DNA of 64,000 nucleotides from Kudoa neothunni (lineage: Eukaryota > Animalia > Cnidaria): positions 14,937,907-15,001,906 of the forward strand of contig OZ199838.1 of the NCBI GenBank assembly GCA_964304625.1, in the 5' to 3' direction. The notes beneath the pieces are model-generated. The model did no database searches, was not told the origin of the DNA, and was given only the letters and a program-made list of their open reading frames with translations. Each line of letters begins with the position of its first letter. Positions within the stretch are counted from its first letter, which is position 1. Shown piece after piece: positions 12,574 to 25,590 of the stretch. The position numbers were made by a program, and so were the translations under genes.

Positions 12574-15500
12574 TCAAGAACACGCTTTTTTGCAATCTGC
12601 TTCGGTTAAGAAGTTGTTATGGTTTCCACCACATCCTCCGTAGCTAAAACTCTGACATCTATTAATGGACCAGTTGTAAAAGTATCGAGATTGAGCATGA
12701 TCACAAGGCCCTGACTCGGCAGGTAACTTGCAAATAACGTCTTAGTCGTGTGAATTAAAATAAACAATGTGACAAATAAACTACTTTTATTCGCTTTATG
12801 CTTGCACTTATCCAAATGATCGAATAGATTCCCAAGTCTTGCGTTGTCAGCCAAAAACATTAATTTCTTCCCAAAAATACAGACGTCCATGCAATCACGA
12901 ATATCGCAAAAATTGTTTAGGTTACCATAACAGCCTCCGTATACAAATTTCTGACAGGATTCCGTCGTGATGTTATAATAATACCTGGTGTAACGAGCTT
13001 TGCAAGGGCCTCTCTCAGGTTTCAGTGAACAGTAATCAGGAGGGGGATCTATATAATACTATATTTAAGAAGGAATACAGAAATCACTTTTTATTTCACA
13101 ACGACTATAACATTCCTTTATTGTGTTGAAATTGTTTCCATTTCCTCCACACCCGCCATATATGAATAGTTCACATTTATTGGATGTCGGGTTATAATAA
13201 TATCTATTAATATTTCCACGACACGGACCTTTTTCAGGTGGGAGCGAACATATGTCAATAGTTGGCAATGGACCTATAATTTTATATTCATAAATTATAG
13301 AACAATAATAAATCACCATGAGAACACTGATTTTCGCATTCTTGAAGACTTTCAAAATTATTTTTGTTTCCTCCACATCCTCCATATATGAATAGTTCAC
13401 ATTTATTGGATGTCGGGTTATAATAATATCTATTAATATTTCCACGACACGGACCTTTTTCAGGTGGGAGCGAACATATGTCAATAGTTGGCAATGGACC
13501 TATAATTTTATATTCATAAATTATAGAACAATAATAAATCACCATGAGAACATTGAGTTTCGCATTCTTGAAGACTTTCAAAATTATTTTTGTTTCCTCC
13601 ACATCCGCCATATATGAACAATTCACATTTATTTGACGTCGGATTGTAATAATATCTATTAATATTTCTACGACATGGACCTTTTTCAGGTGGGAGCGAA
13701 CATATGTCAATCATTGGTGTAGGAACTATAATTTTATATTCATAAATTATAGAACAATAATAAATCACCATGAGAACATTGAGTTTCGCATTCTTGAAGA
13801 CTTTCAAAATTATTTTTGTTTCCTCCACATCCGCCATATATGAATAATTCACATTTATTTGACGTCGGATTGTAATAATATCTATTAATATTTCTACGAC
13901 ATGGACCTTTTTCAGGTGGGAGCGAACATATGTCAATCATTGGTGTAGGAACTAAAATTTTATATTCATAAATTATAGAACAATAATAAATCACCATGAG
14001 AACATTGATTTTCGCATTCTTGAAGACTTTCAAAATTATTTTTGTTTCCTCCACATCCGCCATATATGAATAATTCACATTTTTGTGAAGTTAAGTTATA
14101 ATAATATCTTGGTATGAATGCAAGACAGCGACCTTTTTCAGGTGGGAGCGAACATATGTCAATAGTTGGCAATGGACCTATAATTTTATATTCATAAATT
14201 ATAGAACAATAATAAATCACCATGAGAACATTGAGTTTCGCATTCTTGAAGACTTTCAAAATTATTTTTGTTTCCTCCACATCCGCCATATATGAACAAT
14301 TCACATTTATTTGACGTCGGATTGTAATAATATCTATTAATATTTCTACGACATGGACCTTTTTCAGGTGGGAGCGAACATATGTCAATCATTGGTGTAG
14401 GAACTATAATTTTATATTCATAAATTATAGAACAATAATAAATCACCATGAGAACATTGAGTTTCGCATTCTTGAAGACTTTCAAAATTATTTTTGTTTC
14501 CTCCACATCCGCCATATATGAACAATTCACATTTATTTGACGTCGGATTGTAATAATATCTATTAATATTTCTACGACATGGACCTTTTTCAGGTGGGAG
14601 CGAACATATGTCAATCATTGGTGTAGGAACTATAATTTTATATTCATAAATTATAGAACAATAATAAATCACCATGAGAACATTGAGTTTCGCATTCTTG
14701 AAGACTTTCAAAATTATTTTTGTTTCCTCCACATCCTCCATATATGAATAATTCACATTTTTGTGAAGTTAAGTTATAATAATATCTTGGTATGAATGCA
14801 AGACAGCGACCTTTTTCAGGTGGGAGCGAACATATGTCAATAGTTGGCAATGGACCTATAATTTTATATTCATAAATTATAGAACAATAATAAATCACCA
14901 TGAGAACATTGAGTTTCGCATTCTTGAAGACTTTCAAAATTATTTTTGTTTCCTCCACATCCGCCATATATGAATAGTTCACATTTATTGGATGTCGGGT
15001 TATAATAATATCTATTAATATTTCTACGACATGGACCTTTTTCAGGTGGGAGCGAACATATGTCAATAGTTGGCAATGGACCTATAATTTTATATTCATA
15101 AATTATAGAACAATAATAAATCACCATGAGAACATTGAGTTTCGCATTCTTGAAGACTTTCAAAATTATTTTTGTTTCCTCCACATCCGCCATATATGAA
15201 CAATTCACATTTATTTGACGTCGGATTGTAATAATATCTATTAATATTTCTACGACATGGACCTTTTTCAGGTGGGAGCGAACATATGTCAATCATTGGT
15301 GTAGGAACTATAATTTTATATTCATAAATTATAGAACAATAATAAATCACCATGAGAACATTGAGTTTCGCATTCTTGAAGGGTCATAAAATTATTTTTG
15401 TTCCCTTCACATCCTCCATATATGAATAATTCACATTTTTGTGAAGTTAAGTTATAATAATATCTTGGTATGAATGCAAGACAGCGACCTTTTTCAGGTG

Positions 15501-18167
15501 GGAGCAAACATATGTCAATCATTGGTGTAGAAACTATAATTTTATATTCATAAATTATAGAACAATAATAAATCACCATGAGAACATTGAGTTTCGCATT
15601 CTTGAAGACTTCCAAAATTATTTTTGTTTCCTCCACATCCTCCATATATGAACAATTCACATTTATTTGACGTCGGATTGTAATAATATCTATTAATATT
15701 TCTACGACATGGACCTTTTTCAGGTGGGAGCGAACATATGTCAATCATTGGTGTAGAAACTATAATTTTATATTCATAAATTATAGAATAATAATAAATC
15801 ACCATGAGAACATTGAGTTTCGCATTCTTGAAGACTTCCAAAATTATTTTTGTTTCCTCCACATCCGCCGTATATGAATAATTCACATTTATTGGACGTC
15901 GGATTGTAATAATATCTATTAATATTTCCACGACATGGACCTTTTTCAGGTGAGAACGAACATATGTCAATCATTGGTGTAGGAACTATAATTTTACATT
16001 CATAAATTATAGAACAATGATAAATCACCATGAGAACATTGAGTTTCGCATTCTTGAAGGGTCATAAAATTATTTTTGTTTCCTCCACATCCGCCGTATA
16101 TGAATAATTCACATTTATTGGACGTCGGATTGTAATAATATCTATTAATATTTCCACGACATGGACCTTTTTCAGGTGAGAACGAACATATGTCAATCAT
16201 TGGTGTAGGAACTATAATTTTACATTCATAAATTATAGAACAATGATAAATCACCATGAGAACATTGAGTTTCGCATTCTTGAAGGGTCATAAAATTATT
16301 TTTGTTTCCTCCACATCCGCCGTATATGAATAATTCACATTTATTGGACGTCGAGTTATAATAATATCTATTAATATTTCTACGACATGGACCTTTTTCA
16401 GGTGGGAGCGAACATATACCAGTTTCTACTGCATGACCTAATATATATGTAGGCATTTATTATATTATTATTGTTTAAATAATATAACTTCTAAAATTGC
16501 ACTTCTTTTTGCATTCATGGAAAATTTTGAAATTATTTTTATTTCCGTGACATCCTCCGTATACAAATGGTACACATGTCTTTGCTTTTTCGTTGTAGTA
16601 GTATCTTGTCGTATATGTTTTACAAGGACCTTTTTCAGGAGGAAGTAAACACATATTGTTTTCTGTAATAGAATTTATTATTTCTTATATGTATACAAAG
16701 AAGTAACCTGGGAAAAAACATTTGTTCTCACATTCCTGCGTACTTTTGAAATTATTTTCATTTCCTTGACATCCTCCATATATAAACGGTAGACATTGTC
16801 TCGCCGCTGGGTTGTAATAATATCTTTGGAGGCTTTCACGACAAGGACCTCTTTCAGGTGGCAGAGAGCATATGTTTATTCCTGGTATAGAATTTAATGT
16901 TTCATTTCAATTTCCCTAATAAAATTACCTCCAGTATGACACATGCGTTTGCATTCTTCCAGAGTTACGAAGTTATTTTTATTTCCATGGCATCCTCCGT
17001 ATATGAATGGTAGACATTGTTGTGATCTTGGGCTATAGTAGTATCTTGTTGTATATGTTTTACAAGGACCTTTTTCAGGAGGAAGTAAACACATATTGTT
17101 TTCTGTAATAGAATTTATTATTTCTTATATGTATACAAAGAAGTAACCTGGGAAAAAACATTTGTTCTCACATTCCTGCGTACTTTTGAAATTATTTTCA
17201 TTTCCTTGACATCCTCCATATATAAACGGTAGACATTGTCTCGCCGCTGGGTCGTAATAATATCTTTGGAAGCTTTCACGACAAGGACCTCTTTCAGGTG
17301 GCAGAGAGCATATGTTTATTCCTGGTATAGAATTTAATGTTTCATTTCAATTTCCTTAATAAAATTACCTCCAGTATGACACATGCGTTTGCATTCTTCC
17401 AGAGTTACGAAGTTATTTTTATTTCCATGGCATCCTCCGTATATGAATGGTAGACATTGTTGTGATCTTGGGTCAAAGTAAAATCTTTGTATGTTTCTAC
17501 AACAGGGACCTTTTTCAGGCAGGAGTTTACATATATCACTGAACCCTTTCGAGTGAGAAACACCTTTCAATAATAATTAATCTTTTATTATGTAAAAGAA
17601 AATACTAGAACTAGAACATATATTTTCACATTGTGTAAGATTCTCAAAGTTGTTTGGGTTACCACCACATCCCCCATAAATGAATTTTTCACAAGAACCG
17701 GTGTAAATGTTATAATAATATCTCTCAATTTTACGTCTACACAGACCTTTGTCTGGTGGATAAAAACAAGATTTGCTGGGAAAAGGGTAGTTATTGACTT
17801 CCTCATGATCATCGTCGTCATCATCATGCTCATCGTCCTCATCATCATGCTCATCGTCCTCATCATCATGCTCATCGTCCTCATCATCATGATCATCGTA
17901 TTCCTTATTATCATTGACATCATTGGCATTTTTATGATTATAAAATCCGGAATCTTATAGCCGATTAGTGAAAATCGTTATTTTTAATTGAAAAATTACT
18001 TTCTGAATACTGATTTTTTTGGTGGTTTTCGAACCCTTCTATCGACTCGAATCTCTTTTTGCTTGAGGAAGTAAGGATTTTAAAAGGAGTAGAGTAATCA
18101 AGATCTCGTTGTTTTTTAGTATTTGTAGTTTTTTTTGTTGAAGATATGGTAAAGTCATTTCGAAACC
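12574..18167 (-). CDS. Multi-domain Kunitz/BPTI protease inhibitor with 23 Kunitz domains, about one per exon; 5' end unresolved
   Basis: Repeated C-x8-C-x15-C-x4-YGGC-x-GN-x-NNF-x5-C-x3-C modules are joined in frame by phase-1 GT-AG introns of about 38-51 nt. The last exon ends ...[14 protein letters not shown] (TGA 12574-12576). The upstream exons encode a basic region and an Asp/Glu/His repeat. Confidence 0.9.
13141..16420 (-). repeat. 226-bp tandem array (about 14.5 units), each a 183-nt Kunitz exon plus a 43-nt intron
   Basis: ORF ends recur every 226 bp (13288, 13514 ... 16226). The intron GTGATTTATTATTGTTCTATAATTTATGAATATAAAATTATAG is nearly invariant across 14 copies. Confidence 0.97.
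16596..17472 (-). repeat. 440-bp tandem duplication spanning two Kunitz exons
   Basis: 16601 matches 17041 and 17021 matches 17461 at an offset of 440, with few mismatches. Confidence 0.92.
17803..17900 (-). repeat. 21-bp coding repeat encoding (HDDEDDE)n
   Basis: The minus-strand unit CATGATGATGAGGACGATGAG gives [34 protein letters not shown], in frame with the following Kunitz domain. Confidence 0.9.
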
Positions 18168-18531
18168 CTACAAACATTAATAAATTAACATGTTAAGGTT
18201 CCTACTCCTATTAGAATAGAAACTTTTTGAAATCATCATCGACATTAATTAATTATAATATATTCTTGATTAATTGTGCCTTTATGAAATTACAAAATAA
18301 TTAATAATCCAACTAAGATAATATATTATTTGCATTTTTTCTAGTGATAATGATTAAAAACAATATACACTGTGCTTTCATTTTTAAGCTTTATAATCTA
18401 AGTTTGTATACGCATAATAGTATAGGAATAATCAAAAATATTGTTTTATTTTTATAAAAAGTAATCAAGTGACTGCTAGATATTATTTTCTTATAAAAAT
18501 TATTAAGAGGTTTAATGCGGTTAAAGATAAA

Positions 18532-19045
18532 TCAAGCCATTGCTTGATATATTTCACAAACAAGAAAAATTTAATGTTACAATTATCGCATGTGGCTTTG
18601 CAATCATCAAGTGTTTCAAAGTTATTTGAGTTTGATTTGCATCCGCCATAAACGAAAGGTTCACAAATTCCACTATTAATATTAAAATAATAGCGGATGG
18701 TGTATAAACGACAGGGTCCGGTAACAGGTTCAAGTTCACACATGGATTCTAATGAGAGTTTTATTTGGAAAAGGCTTGAAAAAAAGTCACTAGATTCTTC
18801 ATTAGGTATCACAGATTCAGATTGATGAGAATAATGCATTTTATTCTTTGAATGATACTTTGGATCTTTGTTGTTAAATTTTTCAAACACTTTCTCTGCA
18901 ACTGCTTCTAAATTATCTCAAAATAGTACTTATTACTAAAAAATAACTTTTAGCACCATGCAGTTCGTTTTGTAATAACAAAATGCAAACAACTAGACGA
19001 ATAAAAATATTGGATAGTAATAAATGTTTTACAAATAAATCTCAT
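18532..19045 (-). CDS. Secreted single-Kunitz protein, or the 5' exons of the multi-Kunitz gene
   Basis: ATG at 19045. Two 40-nt phase-1 introns give the signal-like MRFIFVCILLLQNELHGAKK. Kunitz domain CELEPVTGPCRLYTIRYYFN...CKATC follows, then a 38-nt intron leading to SMA* at 18532. Confidence 0.75.
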
Positions 19046-19788
19046 TTTTCTTGGTGATAAATTTTATTTTCTACTGCAGCTCCAACTCAGTTATTAATCG
19101 GAAGTTCTTTGAAGCGAACATCAAGTGTTTTAATGTCGATGCAATAACGATTCAAAGCTTGCGATATTTACCAATCATACATAATCATGTATATTAACCA
19201 TGGACATTATTACACAATATAGAATCCTTAGAATACTTTAGGGTATAATTACTAATTTATATTGTCTACGAAATGAATGAAATGACGCATATACTCTTTA
19301 GGATTTATGTCGGACGAGAATTTATTGGAACATTTTAAATTTATTGTTGCTTCAAAAAAAATAATTGATTCAATTAACAATGAAATAAAAGTTGCTAATC
19401 ATTGAAATATTTAAATTTATACTAATCAATTCATTTTTCCGTATAGTAATTAACGAAAAATTTGAATCATTGTTTATTGATTTGGGCCTTAAATTACCAA
19501 ATAAACATAAATCGATGTTGTTCCCAATGGACAGCAGGTGTTATTTTTCGGTAATATAAATCTTGAGCGGCGATTACGCAAAAAGCTTAACATAAAAATT
19601 CTAACCTTGGGACTATGTAAATAAATAATTCGTAGTTTTCACACTATCTTGTGATAACTTTAATTGGTTAAATAAAATTTTTAATTCGACTTTTGAAAAC
19701 CTCTCATTATCAACCCAAAAACTAAAAAAAGGAATACGTCTTAATCCTATTGACTACAATGAGATATTTCGAGAGAAGTTGTTTAGAT

Positions 19789-22607
19789 CAGGGGTTCTCA
19801 ACTGGGGGGGTAAATTAAGTGGCATCAAAATTAGATAGACGAAATTTTTGCATAATGCGGTTTATGACCTACTTTAAGGATGTCCAAGTAATTATATTAC
19901 TTAAAGCTATTAAACACAATTAGAAGTGGTCAGAAATTCTCAAAATGTTTTTAGGAATAATTATTTAACAACAATTTATAAAGCCACGATCAATCTCTCT
20001 CGTTTATACCTAGTTTATCTTTTATGGATGTAGCCAAATAATAATACTAACAATGGCTACTTGCATGGTATATAATATTCCGACGCCACTAATGTTAACT
20101 ATTTTTAATTATTTCTGATCTTTAAGAGCGAAGGACCAGGCCAAAAATTATTTAATTCAGCGAAATCTAAAAAATGAAATGTGTAGACAACTTGTGAATA
20201 AGAGTCGTTGGGATTAAAAATTGTCATTACACAGGCGGGTATGCCTTCTTTGGATTAGAATTTACTATGGAAATAGCCTCTGCCTTGGTTAACTTTCTAA
20301 ATAGCTTGAAAAATTAAACCTTCCAAATAAAATTGGGGTGTATTTCGATCCCACATTTTGTTAAAATTTTGGCATATTAAACTGTTTATGAAAATTTTAA
20401 GCAATATCCATCGACAAAGTATTGTACAAAACTTTTTAACATTGCATCGCACGATTAATTGGAGAATTTACGTTTTTGATGATTTAATTATATCTAGAAT
20501 AAGAAAAAGCCAGTATATGCGCTTAGAATTTCATTCATTCTTAATTTCTAATATTTTAAATAGTCAAAAAATTATTAAACAAATTTTATCTCGATATAAA
20601 TGAGACAAGATATTAAATAACAGAAAAAGTATCATACGCAACTCAAACAAACAGTTGTAGAATGTTTTCTACATCATGATGCGTTGCAATTATGACATTT
20701 TGCTGAGGTTTTGTGGTCTTTTTTTTCTTTCACACAATTGACACCTTTGAATCGAATTTTTTGGTGCGTTATTCACAAATATACCAGCTGAATTGTCTCC
20801 TTTTCTTCGCGTTTTTAAGGCGCTTGTCAACTCTTCAGCCATTATTTTTAAGTAATCTCTCCTGCTTATGTTGGCTTGATGGAATATCAACCATGTTGAA
20901 TAATTCAATCAGGGGCCAGCGTCTAACGAATCTTCTTACACTTACCGTTACAAGTAATCGAGAAATAGTATCAACCCCCCTTGCAAAGTTATAACGGACT
21001 ATTACATCAGGTCTGTAGGACTCTTCTTCGGAAACGTTGGTATTAGTTGCAGTGATGCACAAAATATGCACAGGTTTGTTTCTTTTGAGCGAGTACCTTG
21101 AAATCATCTTTATATCATCAAACACACAAAGAGAAGAATTGACAGGAGTATTTTTCAATAATCTTAAATATGGTGGAATTTCTCTTTTATTAAATCTCAA
21201 TGTCCCAAGTAAGGTTAATTATTTAGCAGTTCGTCGGCCAATTCCACAGACGTGAAAAAGTTATCACAAACCTAATTCCGACCAGAATGATGCAATGGGC
21301 TAGATAACTTCAATACTATGTTTTTCCAACGTTTGTTGTCTTATTATCTAGTTGGTTCTGCTTTCCCAAATAGATATCTACGTTATACACATAGGTTGAT
21401 CTAGGATCAACTGCGAGAAAAAACTCAATGCCATATTTGGCTGGTTTGCTAGGCATGTATTTCTTAAATGGGCAACGGCCTCTGAAAGACATTAGCTGCT
21501 CATCAACGCATACATCCTCAACTTGGCGGAAACTACGTGTAAGCAAATCACTCCAAATAGTCCAGACTTCCCGAATATGGCAAAATTTATCAGACTCTTT
21601 TCTCAGCTCTCGAGTCGCCAGATCATCGAAGTTGAGGGTCCTTGTAATTTTTCTGTATCTATTAGAACAAAAAAGGTGTTTATAAATTTGTTGGCCCTCG
21701 TCAGCCCCAAATAACTCCGAAATGGGTTCCTGTCGGTCTTTATGGATAGCCATTAACAACAGGCATCCAATATAACCCTCAAATTCGGTTTCAGCTAAAT
21801 TATGCCACCTACTGCCAAAGTGATTCACATCAAATAAATTTGTGAATTTTAGGATCAGATCGTAAATTTCTCGATTCAAAAATATTCGGAAAGTATCATC
21901 TAAATTAGTCACTCTGAATAAAGCGAAAGGTGACACACCAGGACGACTATTAAAAATAATTTCTGATCCAGTTATTGAAATTATAGACTTATTAACTGAC
22001 CACAAAGTTCCATTTTTGTCAAGAAAAGAATCAATGGCCAATTCAACCTCATCATCAGATGTATCAGATGAGATTTTATTAAGAGGTGGTTTTCAACATT
22101 GAGATCATCAAACTCGGAGCAACTATCGCAATAATGAGAAGAAGAACTCATAGTTTAAACGATAGCGCAAGAGCGAATATAATGTGTCACTAATATATTG
22201 TTATTTATTCAATGTTTTATCGATTAAATTTCCTTGAACCTCAGTTATAAATATTATTTTTTACAATTTTACCAAAAAACCTGGGGTCGATTTATATCTC
22301 ATTTGTATTTATATGTTTTTAATTTAATCTTTTTCTCTTTTAGAATACGAATATTATATTACACTTTTATAAAGATCTCTATAATATAGAAGATTAAATG
22401 ATGTAAAAATCAAATTAACTTAACCATTTAAGGTTAAAAATGACCTTATAACATGCGTGGAGTCGAAATACATCCCATTTTAGTTAGAAAGTTAAACAAG
22501 TATACAACCTTAAAGCGAACATGGGTTTGGCTCCTAAGTTAAGGGGGTAAATTTCGATTTTTCACCAGGCTGAGGGGTAAATGTGAAAAGACCGTTGAGA
22601 ACCCATG
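19789..22607. mobile_element. Non-autonomous hAT element hosting a nested piggyBac
   Basis: TIRs CAGGGGTTCTCAAC / GTTGAGAACCCATG and an exact 8-bp TSD GTTTAGAT (19781-88, 22608-15). Confidence 0.85.
20293..22491 (-). mobile_element. piggyBac transposon with disrupted transposase, nested in the hAT element
   Basis: TTAA at both ends (20289-92, 22492-95) and TIR CTTTCTAA. Transposase fragments VCVDEQLMSFRGRCPFKKYMPSKPAKYG, RGVD and RRWP, plus a Cys-rich tail. Confidence 0.9.
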
Positions 22608-23265
22608 GTTTAGATCATCAATTCACCCTTTAGTTTTGTACACATCAAATTATTTTATTGTAATAATTGATATTTAAGCAATTGTTGAATAACTGATCAA
22701 CTAAAAATGTCTAATGGCCACATAAAACTAGCGTTTTTTTAAGAAATTATAGAGAATGAATATAATCATTAAAATTTCTTAATCATACTTTTGATTGATT
22801 TGTTAGACGATGATTCTAATTTAAAAAATATATTTTTCTCTTTAATGGATAACGTTGTTTTATTCCTCCAAGCGCCTTACAATCAATTATACGCATTGTG
22901 CTTTTTGGTGTCTATTAAACATCAGATTTCCCCATTATTTTAATTTGAAGACGTTTAAAGATGAATTCAGAGAATTCACAAAAAATTTTTATCGATAGAT
23001 AAATTCTATATTTCACTAAATATCCTCAAACGAAATTAGGGAATAAGCATGAATGTTGCCGAAAGAATTTGATTTTTTTCATGTTACTATCAGCGTTGCC
23101 AACCCAAATCGGACAAATCAGAATTTTTTGCAAACACCTAAACTAATATTTAATTATATGCAAAAATATTATGTAAATTTATAATGTACTCAGGTACTTC
23201 AAAGTTATGACACTATTTGGTCGATGTGTTGAAAAATTTCCTTAATCAAATAAGATCGTCTAATG

Positions 23266-25582
23266 CAGTGGTTCTTAACCCGGGTTCAGTGAAAAAATTC
23301 CAAATTTTAGGTCAAATCTGGGATTAATATTCGTTATAATTTTAATATTTTAAATAAACTTTCTATTTGGTTGTATTTATAATCCTAATAGAAGCTTTAT
23401 TAAAATGATAATAGTGATCAATTAAAAAATTGCTGATAATTTAATTACAATTATTATTTGATCATTTGAAATTCTTTTCGATTTATCTGATTAATACAGT
23501 CACGTATAACGGGTTACAGAGTTTATTGCGCGGCGGTGATATTTATTGCTAATTTTGTGAGCATTATTGGATATAAATATTGGCTCTTTGAATGTTTAAC
23601 AAAAAGAGAAAGTGGTCAAATGATTTTGTACAGTTCGGGTTTACCTATGTTACGGAACTTAATGGAATTCAACGACCTCTTTGCATGATATGCAACTCGA
23701 AGTTAAGTAATTCTAGTTTGGTGCCGGCGAAACTAAAGGAGCATTTCACAAATGTCCATGTAGACTCTGCATATAGGAATATGACTATTTCCAAACATGA
23801 AGAAAAGAAAGCAAAATATGATGATGAAAGAATTACGTTGCAAAATTTTGGATTTGTTGATACTGATAAGCCTATCTTAACAGCAACGTATGAAGTTTCA
23901 TATCTCATTGGCAAACAAGGTAAACCTCACAATATTGGTGAAACACTCGTTAAACACCTGCCCCGTTGAAGATGGCAAATATTTTATTTGGAAATATTGC
24001 AGAAAAAAACTGGCACAAATTCCTTTGTCAAATGATACCGTTAAGAAAAGAATTGATATTAGTAAAGACATTCTGGATCAATTAATTCCTTATCTAATTT
24101 CAAGTAAAACAAAGTTTAGTTTACAATTCGACGAAACTACTGATATCTCAAACCTAAGTCTACTGGTTTCGTTTGCTAGATATTTGAAAAATGGTGTGAT
24201 GGTCGAAGATTTTCTTTTTTGCAAACCTTAAACAACAATTACCAAGGCAGTGGATGTTAAGAAAGTTGTCGATGAGTTTTTCAAAGACAATGGACTTACA
24301 TTTAATATGGTTTCTTCTGTTTTCACTGATGGTGCCCCGGCTATGCAGGGGCGTAACTCTGGTTTTTGTGCTCTTGTGAAAGCAGATGCACCTCATATTA
24401 TTGTTACGCATTGCATTTTACATAGATATACATTTGCAACAAGAATATGTTTCCAAGGCTGGCAGAAGTGCGTGTTGAAAATCGTTATAGATTGTGTAAA
24501 TTTTGTGAGACGTAGTGCTTTGAATCATCAAATCTTCAAACATTTGTGCAACGAAATGGATTCTGAATTTGAAATTCTTTTGTTTTATTCAAATGTTAGG
24601 TGGCTGTCTCAAGGAGAAGTATTAAATTGCGGTTTTACCCTGCGAAAGGAAATAAGTATAATTTTGCTGGAGTGTAACCATTGCCATGCTCAATGTTGCA
24701 ATAATTTGGAATTTGCTCTTCTTTTGGAATACATGGCTGACATTTGTGATTCCATGCATTTTTTGAACCTGCAGATGCAAGGAAATGGAGTCAACATCAT
24801 TGAGGCAGAGGAGTATCTTAGTGCATTCCAAATAAAATTATCTTTATACAAACGAAGAATAATGGTCGAAAATTATGCAAACGTTCCGCTTTTAGACGAT
24901 ATTTGTAATATTAATGGCGGCGATAACAACGAATTGATCATTTTACGTTTGGGATTAAAGGAAATAATTGCCGCACATTTAGAAGAACTTTTTAACTCGC
25001 TCGATGGCTATTTCCCTTCTAAAAATTCATTCCTCGGCTGGATGAGGCAGCCACTTAGCTTCGATAATTCAGCTGAGGATGTCAATAATAAATACCTTGA
25101 TGAGCTAATCGAACTTCAACACAACAAAATTCAAAAACAAATTTTCGAAAAAGTTTCGCCGTCAATCTTTTGGATAAATCAAATTGAGAAATATCCTACA
25201 ATTTCGATGAAAGCTTTGGAAGTTTTTATTCCTTCCGTAACAACTTACCTCTACGAACAGTCATTTTCAAGATTGGTCACCATAAAAAGTAAGTTAAGAA
25301 ATAAGCTTTTCTGTGAAAGCGATATGCGAATTGCTCTCCCCAACATTTTGCCTCGTATTACGGAATTGGTTGCAAAATAACAAGAGCAAAAATCACACTA
25401 ATTAGCTTTATATTAATTTTATTTGTATATTTTGCAATTTTTAAGATGTGTCTAATATTGATTAAATTATAATCCATAATTCATTTTGTTTAAAATTTAA
25501 AAAATTTTATGTTTGAGAGTTCGACGAGGCGTGCTATGGGGTAGTAGTGGTTCGGTGACTTCCAAAAGGTTAAGAACCACTG
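23266..25582 (+). mobile_element. hAT (Buster/ZBED8-SCAND3-like) transposon, near full length
   Basis: TIRs CAGTGGTTCTTAACC / GGTTAAGAACCACTG and TSD GTCTAATG / TTCTAATG. BED-like finger (PLCMIC..LKEHF), FSLQFDETTD, TDGAPAM, HCILH, VRWLS and TTYLYEQSFS. One frameshift near 23960 and a stop at 24229. Confidence 0.93.
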
Positions 25583-25590
25583 TTCTAATG

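Noticed and set aside
13141-16420. Array as a CRISPR or non-coding satellite, and the [10 protein letters not shown]... 140-aa ORFs as separate genes
   Set aside because: There are no unique spacers. Each unit is a Kunitz exon plus intron, and the ORF N-halves are off-frame readings caused by the 226-bp (non-3n) period.
17588-17960. Met-rich ORF (17588-17929) and Ile/Leu-rich ORF (17631-17960)
   Set aside because: These are alternative-frame and antisense readings of the HDDEDDE repeat exon.
4900-25400. Alternative genetic code or stop readthrough suggested by in-frame stops in transposases
   Set aside because: The stops co-occur with frameshifts in decayed elements, while host genes read cleanly in the standard code.
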